Of a stretch of DNA of 64,000 bases, positions 36,594 to 50,012 are shown in pieces. A program made the position numbers and the translations under genes. Location of the stretch: assembly GCA_964016885.1 (NCBI GenBank), contig OZ024741.1, positions 28,024,001 through 28,088,000 of the forward strand, in the 5' to 3' direction. Every line of letters starts with the position of its first letter. The stretch's first letter is position 1. Under the pieces are notes generated by a model that saw nothing but the letters and a program-made list of their open reading frames with translations, ran no database searches and was not told the DNA's origin. Source of the stretch: Eledone cirrhosa. Its lineage: Eukaryota.

Positions 36594-39338
36594 CGCGAAG
36601 CACGAAGGCTGCGTTGTCCGAAGTAAAATACGTGCTCTCGGGAACGAGGGGACCAAAGCTGTTAGCTGGGCCCGCGTGACAGAGGCCAACAGTGGAACTA
36701 AATCCACCATCCGGTCTTTGCGAGACCTGGATGGACGGGCGATTCTTGAGCCTAAGCAGATGTGTGAGGCCTTTCAAAGGCACTTTGCCCGACTGTTCGG
36801 GAGGGGCGGGGAGCCGGTTGGGAACGTGGACTTCGGTCCATACCTCGACGGCCTGCCGCGCCTCTCGGACAGGGAGGCGAAGTCCTGCGAGGAGCCGATT
36901 TCAGCCGCTGAGATAGAGGACGTGCTGAGCCAATGCGGCAAACGCAAATCCCCGGGTCTCGATGGTCTTCCTTACGAATTATATCTAGCTATGCCGGACT
37001 TGTTCCCCGATCTCCTCGAGGCGGTCTACTGCAACTGGCAACAGAACGGGAGAATTCCCTGTACTGTGACCAAGGGCGTAGTCACGCTAGTGAGGAAGGA
37101 CGAGAACAAGGGGGACGAAATAAGTAACTACAGGCCCATAACTCTGCTAAATACAGAGTTACAGATTTTGGCCAAGGTGCTAGCAAAGAGGTTGGCGCTT
37201 GTCGTGGGCAACCTGGTGGGAGATGCGCAGACATGCGCTATCCCGTCCAGGTCCATCCATGACAACCTCCACCTCATGCGATACATCATAGAGAGGGTTG
37301 GGAACGAACCCGGCTTTGGTGGGGCTCTGATCAACTTGGATCAATCTAAGGCGTTCGATAGGGTCGACCATGGTTACCTGGATGCGGTGCTAGCGGCGGC
37401 AGGCTTCGGACCCGTTTTCAGGGGCTGGATCACTGCTATGCACAGCAGCCGCATCTGCTCTAGGGTCAAGGTGAACGGCTACCTCTCGGAGCCGTTCAAA
37501 ATCGCGCTGTCCATCCGACAAGGGTGCCCTCTCTCCTCCCTTCTGTATGTGTTGACTCTCGAGCCACTACTGCGGAAGTTGGAGTTGTTGCAGGGCATCC
37601 CTTTGGAACCGGGATTGCGAAAAGCGGTGTCGGCCTACGCCGATGACGTGACAGTAATGGTGTCGACGGCCTCCGAAATCGAGGCGGTCGGCACCTTACT
37701 GGAGGAGTACGAAAAGTTCACAGGGGCTAAGCTGAACCGGGACAAGTCGATCGGTTTGCAACTCGGCACGTGGAGGGGCAGACCGATGCCCTCCGATGGC
37801 GTCGTCGGACGCTGGACGGAGGGCCCGGTGAAGTTGCTCGGGGTCTGGTTCGGACCGGACCTCCAGGTGGAGAAAAACTGGGCGGAGGTTACGAACAGGG
37901 TGTTTGCACTGACCCAGAAGTGGGCCAGTTGCAAACTATCCCTGAAAGGTTGGGCGGAGGTGTCGAACACCTACATAGCGTCCGTCATCTACTACCGCCT
38001 GACCGTAGTGCCCTGCCCAAGGGAAACCCTCACCAAGATGGAGCGCGCGCTCTTCCAATTCCTTTGGAAGAGGCGGGCTCCTATGGTGAGGAGATCCATC
38101 TGCTGTCAACACCCTTCGAAAGGAGGGCTGGGGATGCCGTGGCTAATGATGCGTAAACACGCATTAAGGCTACGGCACCTCTACGTATTCCTCATCGGAC
38201 AACCGGTGTGGGCCTCGTTTGTGGGACGAACCTTTCCCAGACTCGTCTCACTCACCGAGCTGCAATCCTGGGTCAAGCAAAGGCCGAGAAAACTGGGCGC
38301 CTGGCACACTGAGTGTGCCAAGGCGCTCACCGCCCTCTGGCAGGCGGATCCGGTTATCAGTGGAGACTCCACCGCAACATTCTATAGAGGGCTGGTACGC
38401 AGCAGGTGCGACGACGCCCTCGGAGAAGCCCTAGACATGGAGGAGGACGAACTGGCCAGCCTGTTCGGTAGGACATTCAGCCCGGGACCTATGGACAACT
38501 TCCAGAAGTCCCTGGCCTGGCAGTGCTACCGAGGAGCTTTACCCGTTCGAGAAAGGCTCTACAGACACGGGCGCCCGGGTAGGGACCCCGCCAAAAAGAT
38601 CTGTCCCAGATGCGTGTGCGACGAGGAAACCGTTGCACACGCAGTGGTACACTGCTCGGGCGTAGCCGATCTGTGGGGCTATGTCGAACAACTGCTGTCA
38701 AGGGTGGGACCGATCCGGTTGACCACCGAGTCTATTGTAATGATCAAGCCGCCTCCCCCCTTCAAAGATGAAGCAGAGGCGGTGTTTCTGTGCGTAATAG
38801 CCATGGCGAAAGAGGTTGTATGGTGGACGCGTCTGAAAGGACTGAGGTCAGGCACCTTTCTCTCTGGCCAACAACTGGTCCGTTTCTTCCGATATCATTT
38901 CGGAAGAAGGATCAGGATGGAGAGAGAGGTGCTGCACCCCAGTCGTTTTTATGAAAGGTGGGTGAAAGTGGTGAGAATGGCCCGTGTGAATGGGCCTTCT
39001 CTTTACATGAGCCTGTAGGTGGAAAAGAGGAAGGAACGAGGGAGCACCCCCTCTCTGTGCTCCTGAGGAAAAGGGTTGCACACTTTTTTCGGGGGTGTGT
39101 GCGACCCCCCAAGGCGCCTCCTCTCTATTGAGGATTTTGTTATAAATTTTATTTTTTGTTATATTTTATAACAAAATCCTCTATTGAGGATTTTGTTATA
39201 ATTCTATTTTTTGTTATATTTTATTTTATTTTTATATATTGTTATTGCCTCCTCCCTATTGAGGACGTCTTGTTTTGTAAACTCCCCCCATTGTACTTGT
39301 CCCACTTTTGATGCCCTTGTGGCAAATAAAAGAAACAT
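36594..39338 (+). mobile_element. 5'-truncated Tx1/L1-clade LINE, copy 2 (open RT-CCHC frame 36595-39018)
   Basis: Starts at [10 protein letters not shown]; IRQGCPLS, AYADDV, CPRCVCDEETVAHAVVHC; 3' UTR near-identical to copy 1, AATAAA at 39325. Confidence 0.92.
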
Positions 39339-39778
39339 ATCTACCTACCTACCCACCACCTACCTACCTATCTACCTACTTACCTACCTACCTACCTACC
39401 TACCTACCTACCTATTTACCTACTTACCTACCTATCTACCCACCTACCTACCTACCTATTTACCTACTTACCTACCTATCTACCCACCTACCTACCTACC
39501 TACCCACCTACCTACCTACCTACCTACCTACCTACCTACCTACCTACCTACCTACCTACCTACCTACCTACCTACCTACCTACCTACCTACCTACCTACC
39601 TACCTACCTACCTACCTACCTATCTACCTACCTACCTATCTACCTACCTACCTACCTACCTACCTACCTACCTATCTACCTACCTATCTACCTACCTACC
39701 TACCTACCTATCTACCTACCTACCTATCTACCCACCTACCTACCTACCTATCTACCTACTTACCTACCTATCTACATA
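39339..39778. repeat. (TACC)n microsatellite
   Basis: Direct reading. Confidence 0.97.
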
Positions 39779-40057
39779 CATATATACATACATAAATACA
39801 TACACACATTCACTCTCACACTACATATACACATATGATGATGTCCATGTTTGTGTGTAACATAGTTAACATTTAAAATAACACACACACACACATACAC
39901 ACACATACACACACATATGTATATATATATACGAAATTCACACGAATGTGCCCACGCACGCACACACACAAAATGCTTACACACATGTACATAGGTATAC
40001 AGACACACACGTATATATGTGCATGCACACACACAAATACACAACATACATATATAT

Positions 40058-40376
40058 ATATTTCTTTATTTTATACAAGGGCGCATAAGAAAAGGGGACA
40101 ATACAAAGACATATGGCGGGGATTTTACATACAGTCGTGTAAAAAAAAATTAACATGAAAATATAACAATCGAAATCCCCAATAGTGGGGAGGCGTTACA
40201 AATGGGTTGCTTTATACCCCGTAGATAGAACAACCCTCAACTCCAGGAGCATGCTGTGCAAGTGCTCCTTTCTTCCTTTCGTTCTCTTCTTCAGCCTACA
40301 GGTTTATATACAAAGAAGGCCCAATCATTCGGGCCATTCCCGCCACATTCACCCACCTTTCAGTGGGTGAATGTGA
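40058..40376 (-). mobile_element. 3'-end fragment of a related Tx1 LINE with a 13-bp snap-back hairpin at its truncation point
   Basis: Homologous to 46290-46590; CACATTCACCCAC-CTTTCA-GTGGGTGAATGTG at ~40344-40375. Confidence 0.75.
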
Positions 40377-40501
40377 TGGGTATATAAATCCTCTCTCAAC
40401 GTATTTCTTCGTGGATTGTGAAAGATGTAGACGACTTCCGAGGAAGATCTGGACGAAACTTCGGCTGGAAATCTGTTTAAACAGATCGGAATTTCTTTAT
40501 A

Positions 40502-40695
40502 TACGAGGTTAGGCTGAAAGATTCATAGGTGGACCAAGATACTCTCACGGAATGACAAAATGAGGTTTATTTTTCAACATTATCACCTGGAAGAAACAAT
40601 GCAGTTATTAATAAGAAAAGTTGAAATTAATGCATGCAAGATTTCATAGATCTAGCATCATTCCTTCATAGTCACTCTATGAACTGTACAGCCTC

Positions 40696-40698
<3 letters not shown>
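40502..40698. mobile_element. Mariner-like MITE remnant
   Basis: TA|CGAGGTTAGGCTGAAAGATTCATAG ... CTATGAACTGTACAGCCTCG|TA, imperfect TIRs with TA flanks; a similar TIR at 43183-43219. Confidence 0.55.
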
Positions 40699-40754
<56 letters not shown>

Positions 40755-40755
<1 letters not shown>

Positions 40756-42540
40756 CTATCCTACTCTACTACTATGAACATAACACAAAATATAAATAGA
40801 ATTAATAATAGAAAGAAATTTAAACCCTAACCAAAATAACCAACATAGCAGTAATATCTCTAGTAATATCTAACATAATAGTACCGTTCCGAACAACAAC
40901 AACTCCGCAAAATGTAACTGTAGAATTAAATCAAACTGTCCTTTACAAAATAAGTGTTTAGATAAGGACGTGGTCTATAAATGTACAGTTAAAACTAGTG
41001 ATAATATATTTAACTATGTAGGTGCAACTTCTACAGAATTTAAAAGTCGCTGGAATAATCACAAATGTTCTTTCCAAAGAATTGATAAAAAATCTTCAAC
41101 TTCTCTTTCAAACCTGATATGGAACTTAAAATGCAAGAATATGGACTATTCTTTAGCTTGGGAAACAGTTTCAAAAGCACCCACGTACTGAAACACAGCT
41201 TTATCTAGATTCTGCAAATTGTGTATTGAGGAAATTCTTTTCATGCTTAAATGTAAAAACTATTAATCTAAGAACGAATTTATTTAATTCTTGTAGACAT
41301 CGCCAGATTTCAACATTCAGAACTATATATAACTTATAATTATATTTATAATATTTCTATTTATTTCCATAACAATCTTATCCACTTGGTTTTAATATAT
41401 TGATATCTCTAATTCATAATATCTATAACATTTGCTATAATTCCACTTCTTAAAGTTTCATAAAATATATACGTATATAATTCTAATTCTTTTTTAAATT
41501 TAAATTTAAATTTTAATAATTTTTATTTCTTTATTTTTATTTCTTTAATTTTTTATTTCTATATTTTTATTTCTTTAATTTTTATTTCTTTAAAAATTAT
41601 TTATCTCTTATAAATTATAAAAAAAAAAAGTTTTCTCAAATTTTTCAATTTTTTAAAAAATATTTTAAAAATACTTTATCAATATTGTTTCAATATTTTT
41701 CAATAGATTTATAACCACTAACTGATTCTGGCTAAATGTATCTTTCAACATCTATACTTATTTTGACTAAATAGTCTCACACTAACGAATAAATAAATTA
41801 AACCGGAGTTTTTCTGTATCTTCCCATTTTAAATCATATAAATATAAATATTCTTATTAACTCAGTTAATTTAATTTAATTTAACTTAATATTTATTTAC
41901 ATTAAATACAAAACCAATATCCCTCATAACTCATTAGAACAATTATCTATAACATGATATACCCATCTATTTATTCATTTATTTATTTATGTATTTATTT
42001 ATTTATTTATTTATCTACTTATAACAGAAGAAAAATATTATATTATAAACACATTTTAAACAACTAATAATCATAAATACACGTACTATTAAGATATATA
42101 CTTAGAATATATTTCCCTCAAATTAACGTTATATGAGGTTTTATTCATTTTCTCTTGTTTCTTTCTTCTCTCTCTCTCTCGCACTATTTTTTATCCTTCT
42201 CCTCTTATCTCTTCTCTCTTTCTCTCCACGGTCGTTTAAATAAACGGTTGTTTTTCAATTATTTACATATTCATTTGCATATTCACACATAAGTTTGAAA
42301 AATCCCTAATATATTTCCACTATACAGTGGATGTTTCTGAAGACGCATGTTTCAGATAGTATTTTCGATGCACAGAGAGTGGGATTAGTCGAATGCAAGG
42401 CCTTTCCCCACTTAAAAAACCTTCAAAGCACAGGCATTGCTTGTTCAGGATTTGTTACAGGTTCGTGTGGCTAACCGTAGCCTAAAAGTGCACCATTTTC
42501 TGTAATTTGACAAGCGATTTCAATACTCTTAGCAGAGTTA
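40755..42540 (+). pseudogene. 3' fragment of Penelope-like element (GIY-YIG domain 40905-41335 plus AT-rich 3' region)
   Basis: KCNCRIKSNCPLQNKCLDKDVVYKC...YVGATSTEFKSRWNNH...LSNLIWNLK...CKLCIEE. The 3' boundary is approximate. Confidence 0.8.
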
Positions 42541-42649
42541 TATATATATAGATATATGTTTCGAAGAGATTGGTTAGGTAAAAACAGGAACAAGCAGGAG
42601 AAAGCTCTCAACATTCGTAGCCTTGTTACGATGGAGATTTTTATAAAAA

Positions 42650-42787
42650 TAACAAAAATAATAATGCTGATGTTACATAAATCGTTTAATCATTACAATT
42701 ATTTCCACGGTTCTCCACAGGGACTCGGAGATGTTAAATGATTGCCTCTAAACGATTTATGTAACATCAGCATTATTATTTTTGTTA
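42650..42787. repeat. 39-bp perfect inverted repeat with 60-bp spacer
   Basis: TAACAAAAATAATAATGCTGATGTTACATAAATCGTTTA at 42650-42688; reverse complement at 42749-42787. Confidence 0.9.
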
Positions 42788-42796
42788 GATATACAT

Positions 42797-42864
<68 letters not shown>

Positions 42865-43004
42865 AGTAAGTATGTTTTGAAACAGTGAGCAGGTTTGAAA
42901 TTAGAAAATATATAGCTTTCACCGTATTTTTGACTAAAGGAATTTTAGCCTGATAATGGGGTTTAGAACCCTCAGATAAATGGAAAAAAGATGAGTATTG
43001 ACGT

Positions 43005-43036
<32 letters not shown>

Positions 43037-43740
43037 GAGTCCCGAGTTCAATTGGGGGTAACCGCAGTAAGTAAGGTACTCAATACAATAATAGAGTGTA
43101 TACAAGAAATTTAATAATATATACAGGACTAAAACTGTTTCATTCGGAGGAAACAACGAAGAAAGCTCTAGTATCACTCCTTTATAGTCAGCCAATGAAC
43201 TTTTCAGCCTACCCTCGTATATAATATTTTGTATTATATCAACAGTAGATTTCTCGAATTCACGTGTCTCACTGGGGGAGTCTAACAAACCCGTTCAATT
43301 CTTCAGATCGGCCATCTTAGAATTTAATACAATTCGTCCATCGGATTGAGTGCTCTACAAGCCTTACGTCACATCGAGGCTAAAGTAAAGACACTTGCCC
43401 GAGCACCTCTTAACTACTCAACCATGTCTGCGTCCAATCATCCTCCATACACACACGCAACCACTCATGCACGCACCCGCTTACACACACAGCGTGGCAA
43501 CACTAGTAATAGTACACTTTTACTGTATAATGGTTGTGTAGTCATACTCTTTTAATGTTGTACTCTTTCTCCATTACATAAAGTGATATTTGCATCGCCA
43601 TATAATTTCATTTGCGTCTCGGGAATATGTCTACCTATCTATTTATCAATCAATCAACTAATCTATCTCCCCTCTCTCTCTTTCTCCCTCTCCCATATAT
43701 ATATATATTGTATATATATACGCCTCTCACTCTCTTACCC

Positions 43741-43794
<54 letters not shown>

Positions 43795-44639
43795 TTATAT
43801 ACATCGTTCTTGTATTTGATGTGCAAGATTCTTGATGTGAAATCGCGTGTTGAAACAGATACTTAGATTTTAAAAAAAAATATTTGATTTCAAAACTTCT
43901 TTCGTCACACATTATGACACCTTCACAATGACTATTTTTGCTCCTTTATATCTCCTCGTCGTTCTTATTTTGTCTTATTTACCCCATCTTGTTTTTCAAG
44001 ATATAATAATCGACCAGTTAGTGTCCGAGGTGTTAAGACACTTTTCCTATTATTGCAAGCATTAGACTAATATATTTCTTCAATGTACTGTATCATTTGC
44101 TTTATATCTGTTTACGTTTGACACACACAGACACACACACATATATGTATATATATACACGCACACACACATATATATATACACGCACACACACATACAC
44201 ACGTTTGACGTCAATTATCGCGAGAGTGTGTTCAAAGATCACATCGTAAAACGACCATTTTAAAACGTCCAAAATTTGCTTCATACGAAATACAATTTCA
44301 ACATTTCCGATTCGGAAACCACACACAGAGAAAAAGCACACAATTCAAAATTACCACAAAAATAAATAAATAAATAAATAAACAAACAAACAAACAAACA
44401 AACAAATAAATAAATATATAAATTAAAACAAAACGAAACCAATACGAAAACAATTCCATATATAGAATGTTAATATAACAAAAAACAATGTATAAAAGTA
44501 GGATTTTTTCAGTTATAATAATGCGAAAAACAAAAACAAAAACACAACCAACAACCACGAAAGTCATGGGGGCTTTTTTCTCTTTTATAGTTTTGTGACT
44601 GTTGGGGGTCACTAACTTGTCTGATGAACATTTGTAACG

Positions 44640-44810
44640 ATAATGACAAATAACAATAACAATAGTAACAATAACAATAGTAACAACAGCAACAACAACA
44701 ACAACAACAACAATAACAACAACAATAACAACAACAATAACAACAACAATAATAATAATTACAATAATATTGACAATAATAGTAGTAACAATGAAACAAC
44801 CATACTACTA

Positions 44811-44896
<86 letters not shown>

Positions 44897-44904
44897 GATA
44901 ATGA

Positions 44905-44942
<38 letters not shown>

Positions 44943-44990
44943 ATATTATTACTATTAGTAATACTAACCATAATAATACTAATAAGAACA
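44640..44990. repeat. Compound trinucleotide array (AAC/AAT, CTA, CTG, CTA, TAG)
   Basis: Direct reading. Confidence 0.95.
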
Positions 44991-45109
44991 TTTTGTGCTA
45001 ATAAAAAGCAATGAAGTGACCAGGCTCCATTAAAAGTGTTTTTTCTCTCCACTCTCTGATATATTGATTCTGACTGGCTTTTAAGCTATTGTTTAAAAAT
45101 ATTATTACT

Positions 45110-45159
45110 AGAGAGTGTGAGAGAAAGAGGGGGAGATAGTGATAGATAGAGATAGAGAG

Positions 45160-45247
<88 letters not shown>

Positions 45248-46000
45248 TGATAGAGAGATAGATAGAGAGGGATAGATAGATAGATAGATAGAGAGAGAGA
45301 TAGTGATAGAGAGAGATATATATATAGAGAGAGAGAAATAGAGAGATAGATAGAGAGAGAGTGACAGAGATAGATAGATAGAGAGATATATAAAGAGATA
45401 GTGTGTGTGAGAGAGATATAGAGAGACAGAGAGAGAATAGGAGAGAGAGCGTGTGTGAGAGAGATAGAGATAAATAGAGATATATAGAGAGATAGAGAGA
45501 GAACGGGAGAGAGAGAGAGAGAAAGAGTGTGTGTGTGAGAGAGAAAGATAGAGAGATATAGAAAAAGAGAAAGATAGAGATAGAGAGAGATAGAGAAAGA
45601 GAAGGAGAAGGAGTGAGAGTGAAGAACAAATATAGAGATAAGAGGGAGAAGAGGAGAGAGAAGGAGATGGAGAGAAGGAGGAGAGAGTGAGAGGAGAGAG
45701 TGTGAGATATATATAGAGAGATAGAGAGAGAAGGGGAAAGAGAGATAGGGAGAAGGAGAGAGTGAGAGAGACAGAAAGACAGAGAGATAGAGAGAATGAG
45801 GGTGAGGGAAAGAGAGAGAGAGTGTGAGGGAATGTAAGAGATAGAGAGAGAAGGGGAAAGAGAGATAGGGAGAAGGAGAGAGTGAGAGAGAAAGACAGAG
45901 AGATAGAGAGAATGAGGGTGAGGGAAAGAGAAAGAGAGAGAGAGTGTGTGTGTGAGGGAATGTAATAGATAGAGAGAGCGAGTGAGAGGGAGAGAATGAG
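45110..46000. repeat. ~900-bp polypurine (GA/GATA)-rich tract with a ~120-bp higher-order duplication
   Basis: ATAGAGAGAGAAGGGGAAAGAGAGATAGGG at 45721 and 45841. Confidence 0.92.
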
Positions 46001-46284
46001 AAACGGAATTGAGAGCTTCAAGTTACGTTGCAGAGCTTTTCGAGTTAATTATTACCTTTTTTGTTTTCTATCATCTTCTTCAAAGGTACTGAATAGTGTT
46101 AGGGTGGGGGAGTGAGTGAGGGGGAGATAGACTGAGGGAGGGAGGGAGGGAGAGAGGGAGAGAGAAAGAGGCAGAGAGGGAGAAGGAGAGAGAGAGAGCG
46201 AGAGCAAGACCCCCCTCCCGATATATAGTTACGAATGTATGTATGTATGTATATATATATATAGAGAGAGAGAGATAGCTAGAT

Positions 46285-48578
46285 AGATATATTTCTTTAT
46301 TAGCCACAAGGGCGCACAAGAAAAGGGGACAATACAAAGACACATGCCGGGGATTTTACATACAGTCGTGTAAAAATATTGAAACAAACAATTATAACAA
46401 TCGAAATCCCCAATAGGGGGGAAGCCCCACAAATAAGTTGTTTAATACCCCGTCGATAGAACAACCCTCAACTTCAGGAGCGTGTTGTGCAAGTGCTCTC
46501 TTCTTCCTTTTGCTCTCTTCTTTAACCTACAGGCTTATAAACAGAGAAGGCCCAATCACTCGGGCCATTTTCGCTTCATTCATCCACCTGGGGTGTAGTG
46601 CCGCTCTCTCCACCCTGATTCTCCTTCTAAAGTGATACTTAAAGAAGGGAATCAATTGTTGTCCGGAGAGAAAGGCATTTGTCCTCAGTCCTCCCAATCT
46701 CGTCCACCATATAACCTTTTTCACCATAGCCACTGTACAGAGGAAAACCACCTCTCTTTCGTTTTTGAAAGAGGCTGTCGGTTTGATCCTTACTATGGAC
46801 TCGGAAGTCAACTGGATTTGTCTCATACGCGACAGCAGTTGTTCTGCATAGTTCCACAGGTCGCTTACGCCCGGGCAGTGTGCAATTGCGTGCAAGACGG
46901 TTTCAATGTCCTGCTCGCATCTTGGACACGTCCTCTTGGAACGATCCCTGCCGGGACATCCGTGCCTGTAGATCTTATCTCGAACGGGTAGAGCTCCACA
47001 GTAGCACTGCCAGGCCAGGGACCTCTGGAAGTTGTCCATAGGTCCCGGGCGGAAAGTCCTATCGAACACACTGGTGAGCTCGTCGTCTTCGACGCATAGA
47101 GTCTCCCCGAGCACGTCGTCGCACTTGTAAAATACTAACTCTCTATAGAATGTCGAAGTGGAGTCTCCACTGATTGCTGTGCCCGCTTGACAGAGAACTG
47201 TGAGCGCCTGGGCGCATTCAATGTGCCAGGCGCCCATCTTCTTCGGTCTTCGCTTGACCCAGGACTGCAGCTCCGTCAGCGAGACAAGTTGTGGGAAGGC
47301 CTGTCTCACAAACGGTGCCCACACTGGTTGGTCGGTGAGGAACACCTGGAGATGCCGTAGCCTCAGCGCATGTTTGCGCATCATTAGTCACGGCATTCCC
47401 AGCTCTCCGTTGGAAGGATGTTGACAGCAGACAGATCGCCTCACCAGTGGAGTCTGCTTCTTCCACAGGAACTGGAAGAGCATGCGTTCCATCTTGGTGA
47501 GGTATTCACGGGGACAAGGCACGACAGTCAAGCGGTAGTTGATGACGGATGCTATGAAAGTGTTCGCAACCTCCGATCGACCTTTCAAAGACAGTTTGCA
47601 CTCTGCCCACTTCTGGGTGAGCGCAAATACCTTGGCCATGACCTCGTTCCAGTTTTTCTCCACCTGGAGGTCTGGACTGAACCAGACCCTGAGCAATTTC
47701 ACCGGTCCTTCCGTCCAGCGTCCGACGACGCTGTCGGACGGCATCGGTTTGCCTCTCCACGTTCCGAGTTGCAAACCGACAGACTTGTCCGGGTTCAATT
47801 TTGCTCCTGTGAACCTTTCGTATTCCTGTAGTAGGTTGCCGATTACCTTGATTTCCGAGGTTTTCGATACCATTACCGTCACGGCGTCGGCATAAGCCGA
47901 CGCCGCTTTTCGCAGACCCGGTTCTAAAGGGATGCACTGCAAAAACTCCAACTTCCGCAGTAGTGGCTCTAGAGTCAATACGTAGAGAATGGAGGAGAGG
48001 GGGCATCCATGTCGAATGGAACGCGTGATTGCGAACGGCTCCGATAGGTAGCCGTTCACCTTGACCCTCGAGCAGATGCTGGTGTGCATCGCCTCGGTCC
48101 AGCCCCTGAAAACGGGACCGAAACCGGCCGCCTTGAGAACTGCTTCCAAGTATCGATGGTCGACCCTATCGAATGCCTTAGACTGATATAAATTGATCAG
48201 AGCCCCACCGAAGCCGGGTTTACACCCCACCCTCTCTATTATGTATCGCATGAGGTGGAGGTTGTCGTGTATGGACCTGGTCGGGATTGCACACGTTTGC
48301 GCTTTCCCTACCAGGTTTTCGACAAGCGCCAGCCTCGTTGCTAGCACCTTGGCCAAAATCTTTAACTCTGTGATGAGCAGAGTTATGGACCTGAAATTGT
48401 TTATTTCGTCCCCTTTGTTCTCGTCTTTCCTGATCAGCGTTACTCCGCCCTTGCCTGCAGAACTGGGAATTGTCCCGTTCTGCTGCCAATTGCAGTAGAC
48501 GGCTTCGAGGTCGTCAGAGAAAAATTCCAGGATGTCTATGTAAAACTCATAGCGTATACCATCTAGACCGGGTGATTT
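46285..48578 (-). mobile_element. 5'-truncated Tx1/L1-clade LINE, diverged copy 3
   Basis: KSPGLDG...QSKAFDRVDH, IRHGCPLS, AYADA, CPRCEQDIETVLHAIAHC, AATAAA; 5' flank TTTACCTACCTATCTACCT. Confidence 0.9.
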
Positions 48579-48730
48579 AGGTAGATAGGTAGGTAAATAA
48601 AGTTAGAGAGGGAAAGAGGGGGAATCAGTTTGTGTGTGTGTATATATAAACAATGTGTATATATAAACAATGAGTTATAATAAAATGAATTTGATTTTCC
48701 ATTTATTAATATTATTAATGTATATATATA

Positions 48731-48925
48731 TATTATAAAATAACAGGAGGCTGGACTGGTGTAAATCCTTGAAAGGTTTATTATACTATGATCATTTCAA
48801 TGACCGGGTTCAGACAAGAGGACGACCGACTATTTAGCAGCTTCTACCTCGGTCGGCCGACCGATCATAGTATAATAAACCTTTCAAGGATTTACACCAG
48901 TCCAGCCTCCTGTTATTGTATAATA
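48731..48925. repeat. ~63-bp inverted repeat with ~70-bp spacer
   Basis: Arms 48731-48793 and 48863-48925, one mismatch. Confidence 0.9.
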
Positions 48926-49061
48926 ATTAACTCCGTACTCGCACCACCAATTACACAAACGAAAACGGGTGAGTTGCATTACGTTAAGTGCTCTCCATAA
49001 TATTACATCGAGGTTGACCATACGGAATGATCAGTTCTATCCAGTGGTGAACCAACAAACC

Positions 49062-49368
<307 letters not shown>

Positions 49369-49461
49369 TAAAGATAAAGATAGATAGAGTCGAATATGAA
49401 TCACTGAAATGTCTATTTCTGTAGAGAATAGTTGGACCAAAAGGTACAAATGTATGTATGT

Positions 49462-50012
49462 ATGTTTTATCTCTTTCTCTTAATTTCGAGTATATTTTTT
49501 GACCGGCCACCTTCCTGGTGGCAAGGTTGTAAAAGAAAAAAAATTGTCATCCCTTGAATCGCAAGAATGTTTTGCAAATTTCGAAGGTGCCAACTATCGC
49601 AGCCATTTGTAGACTATGAATTAGGGAGCTGCGCTCTTTGTCCGCAAATCCAAGTTCAGTCATACTTTGGTCCAAGCGGGTTGGTATATAACCCGTAGCT
49701 CCAATAATGATGGGTATGAAGCTAAAGGTATATCTTGGATACTGGATTTGTAAACTCCTCATCAATGGTCCGTAGATGTCCTCCTCCAGTATTTTTCTGA
49801 CAACGTTTACATCAAGTGGGCAGCTGATCTCCACAACAGAACACGTTTTCAATGTGTGGTTCCAAACAACACTATCAGGCCGGTTGTGCTTTAATTTGGT
49901 GGCAGTTTTTATTTTCAGGTTCCACTAGTATTCCTTAGTGCCATCTGTCTCAATATATTCTTCCTCGTTTGTTGTTAATTTTGTTTTCCGAAGTGCGTTC
50001 CAGATGGTTCTA
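49462..50012 (-). mobile_element. 3' fragment of R4/Dong-like LINE (restriction-like endonuclease domain)
   Basis: W..KIKT.TKLKHNRPDSVVW...CSVVEISCP...PIIIGATG; short 3' UTR followed by (ACAT)3; 5' flank CATACATACATA. Confidence 0.82.

Noticed and set aside
36133-36594. PTYL-repeat N-terminus of the 961-aa ORF
   Set aside because: The (TACC)n array has no stop on this strand and happens to be in frame with a 5'-truncated Tx1 ORF2; no evidence of a real fusion protein.
42325-42415. CTGAAGA in the 3' region of the PLE fragment
   Set aside because: Could not pair stem II with a GAAA core; at best a decayed ribozyme.
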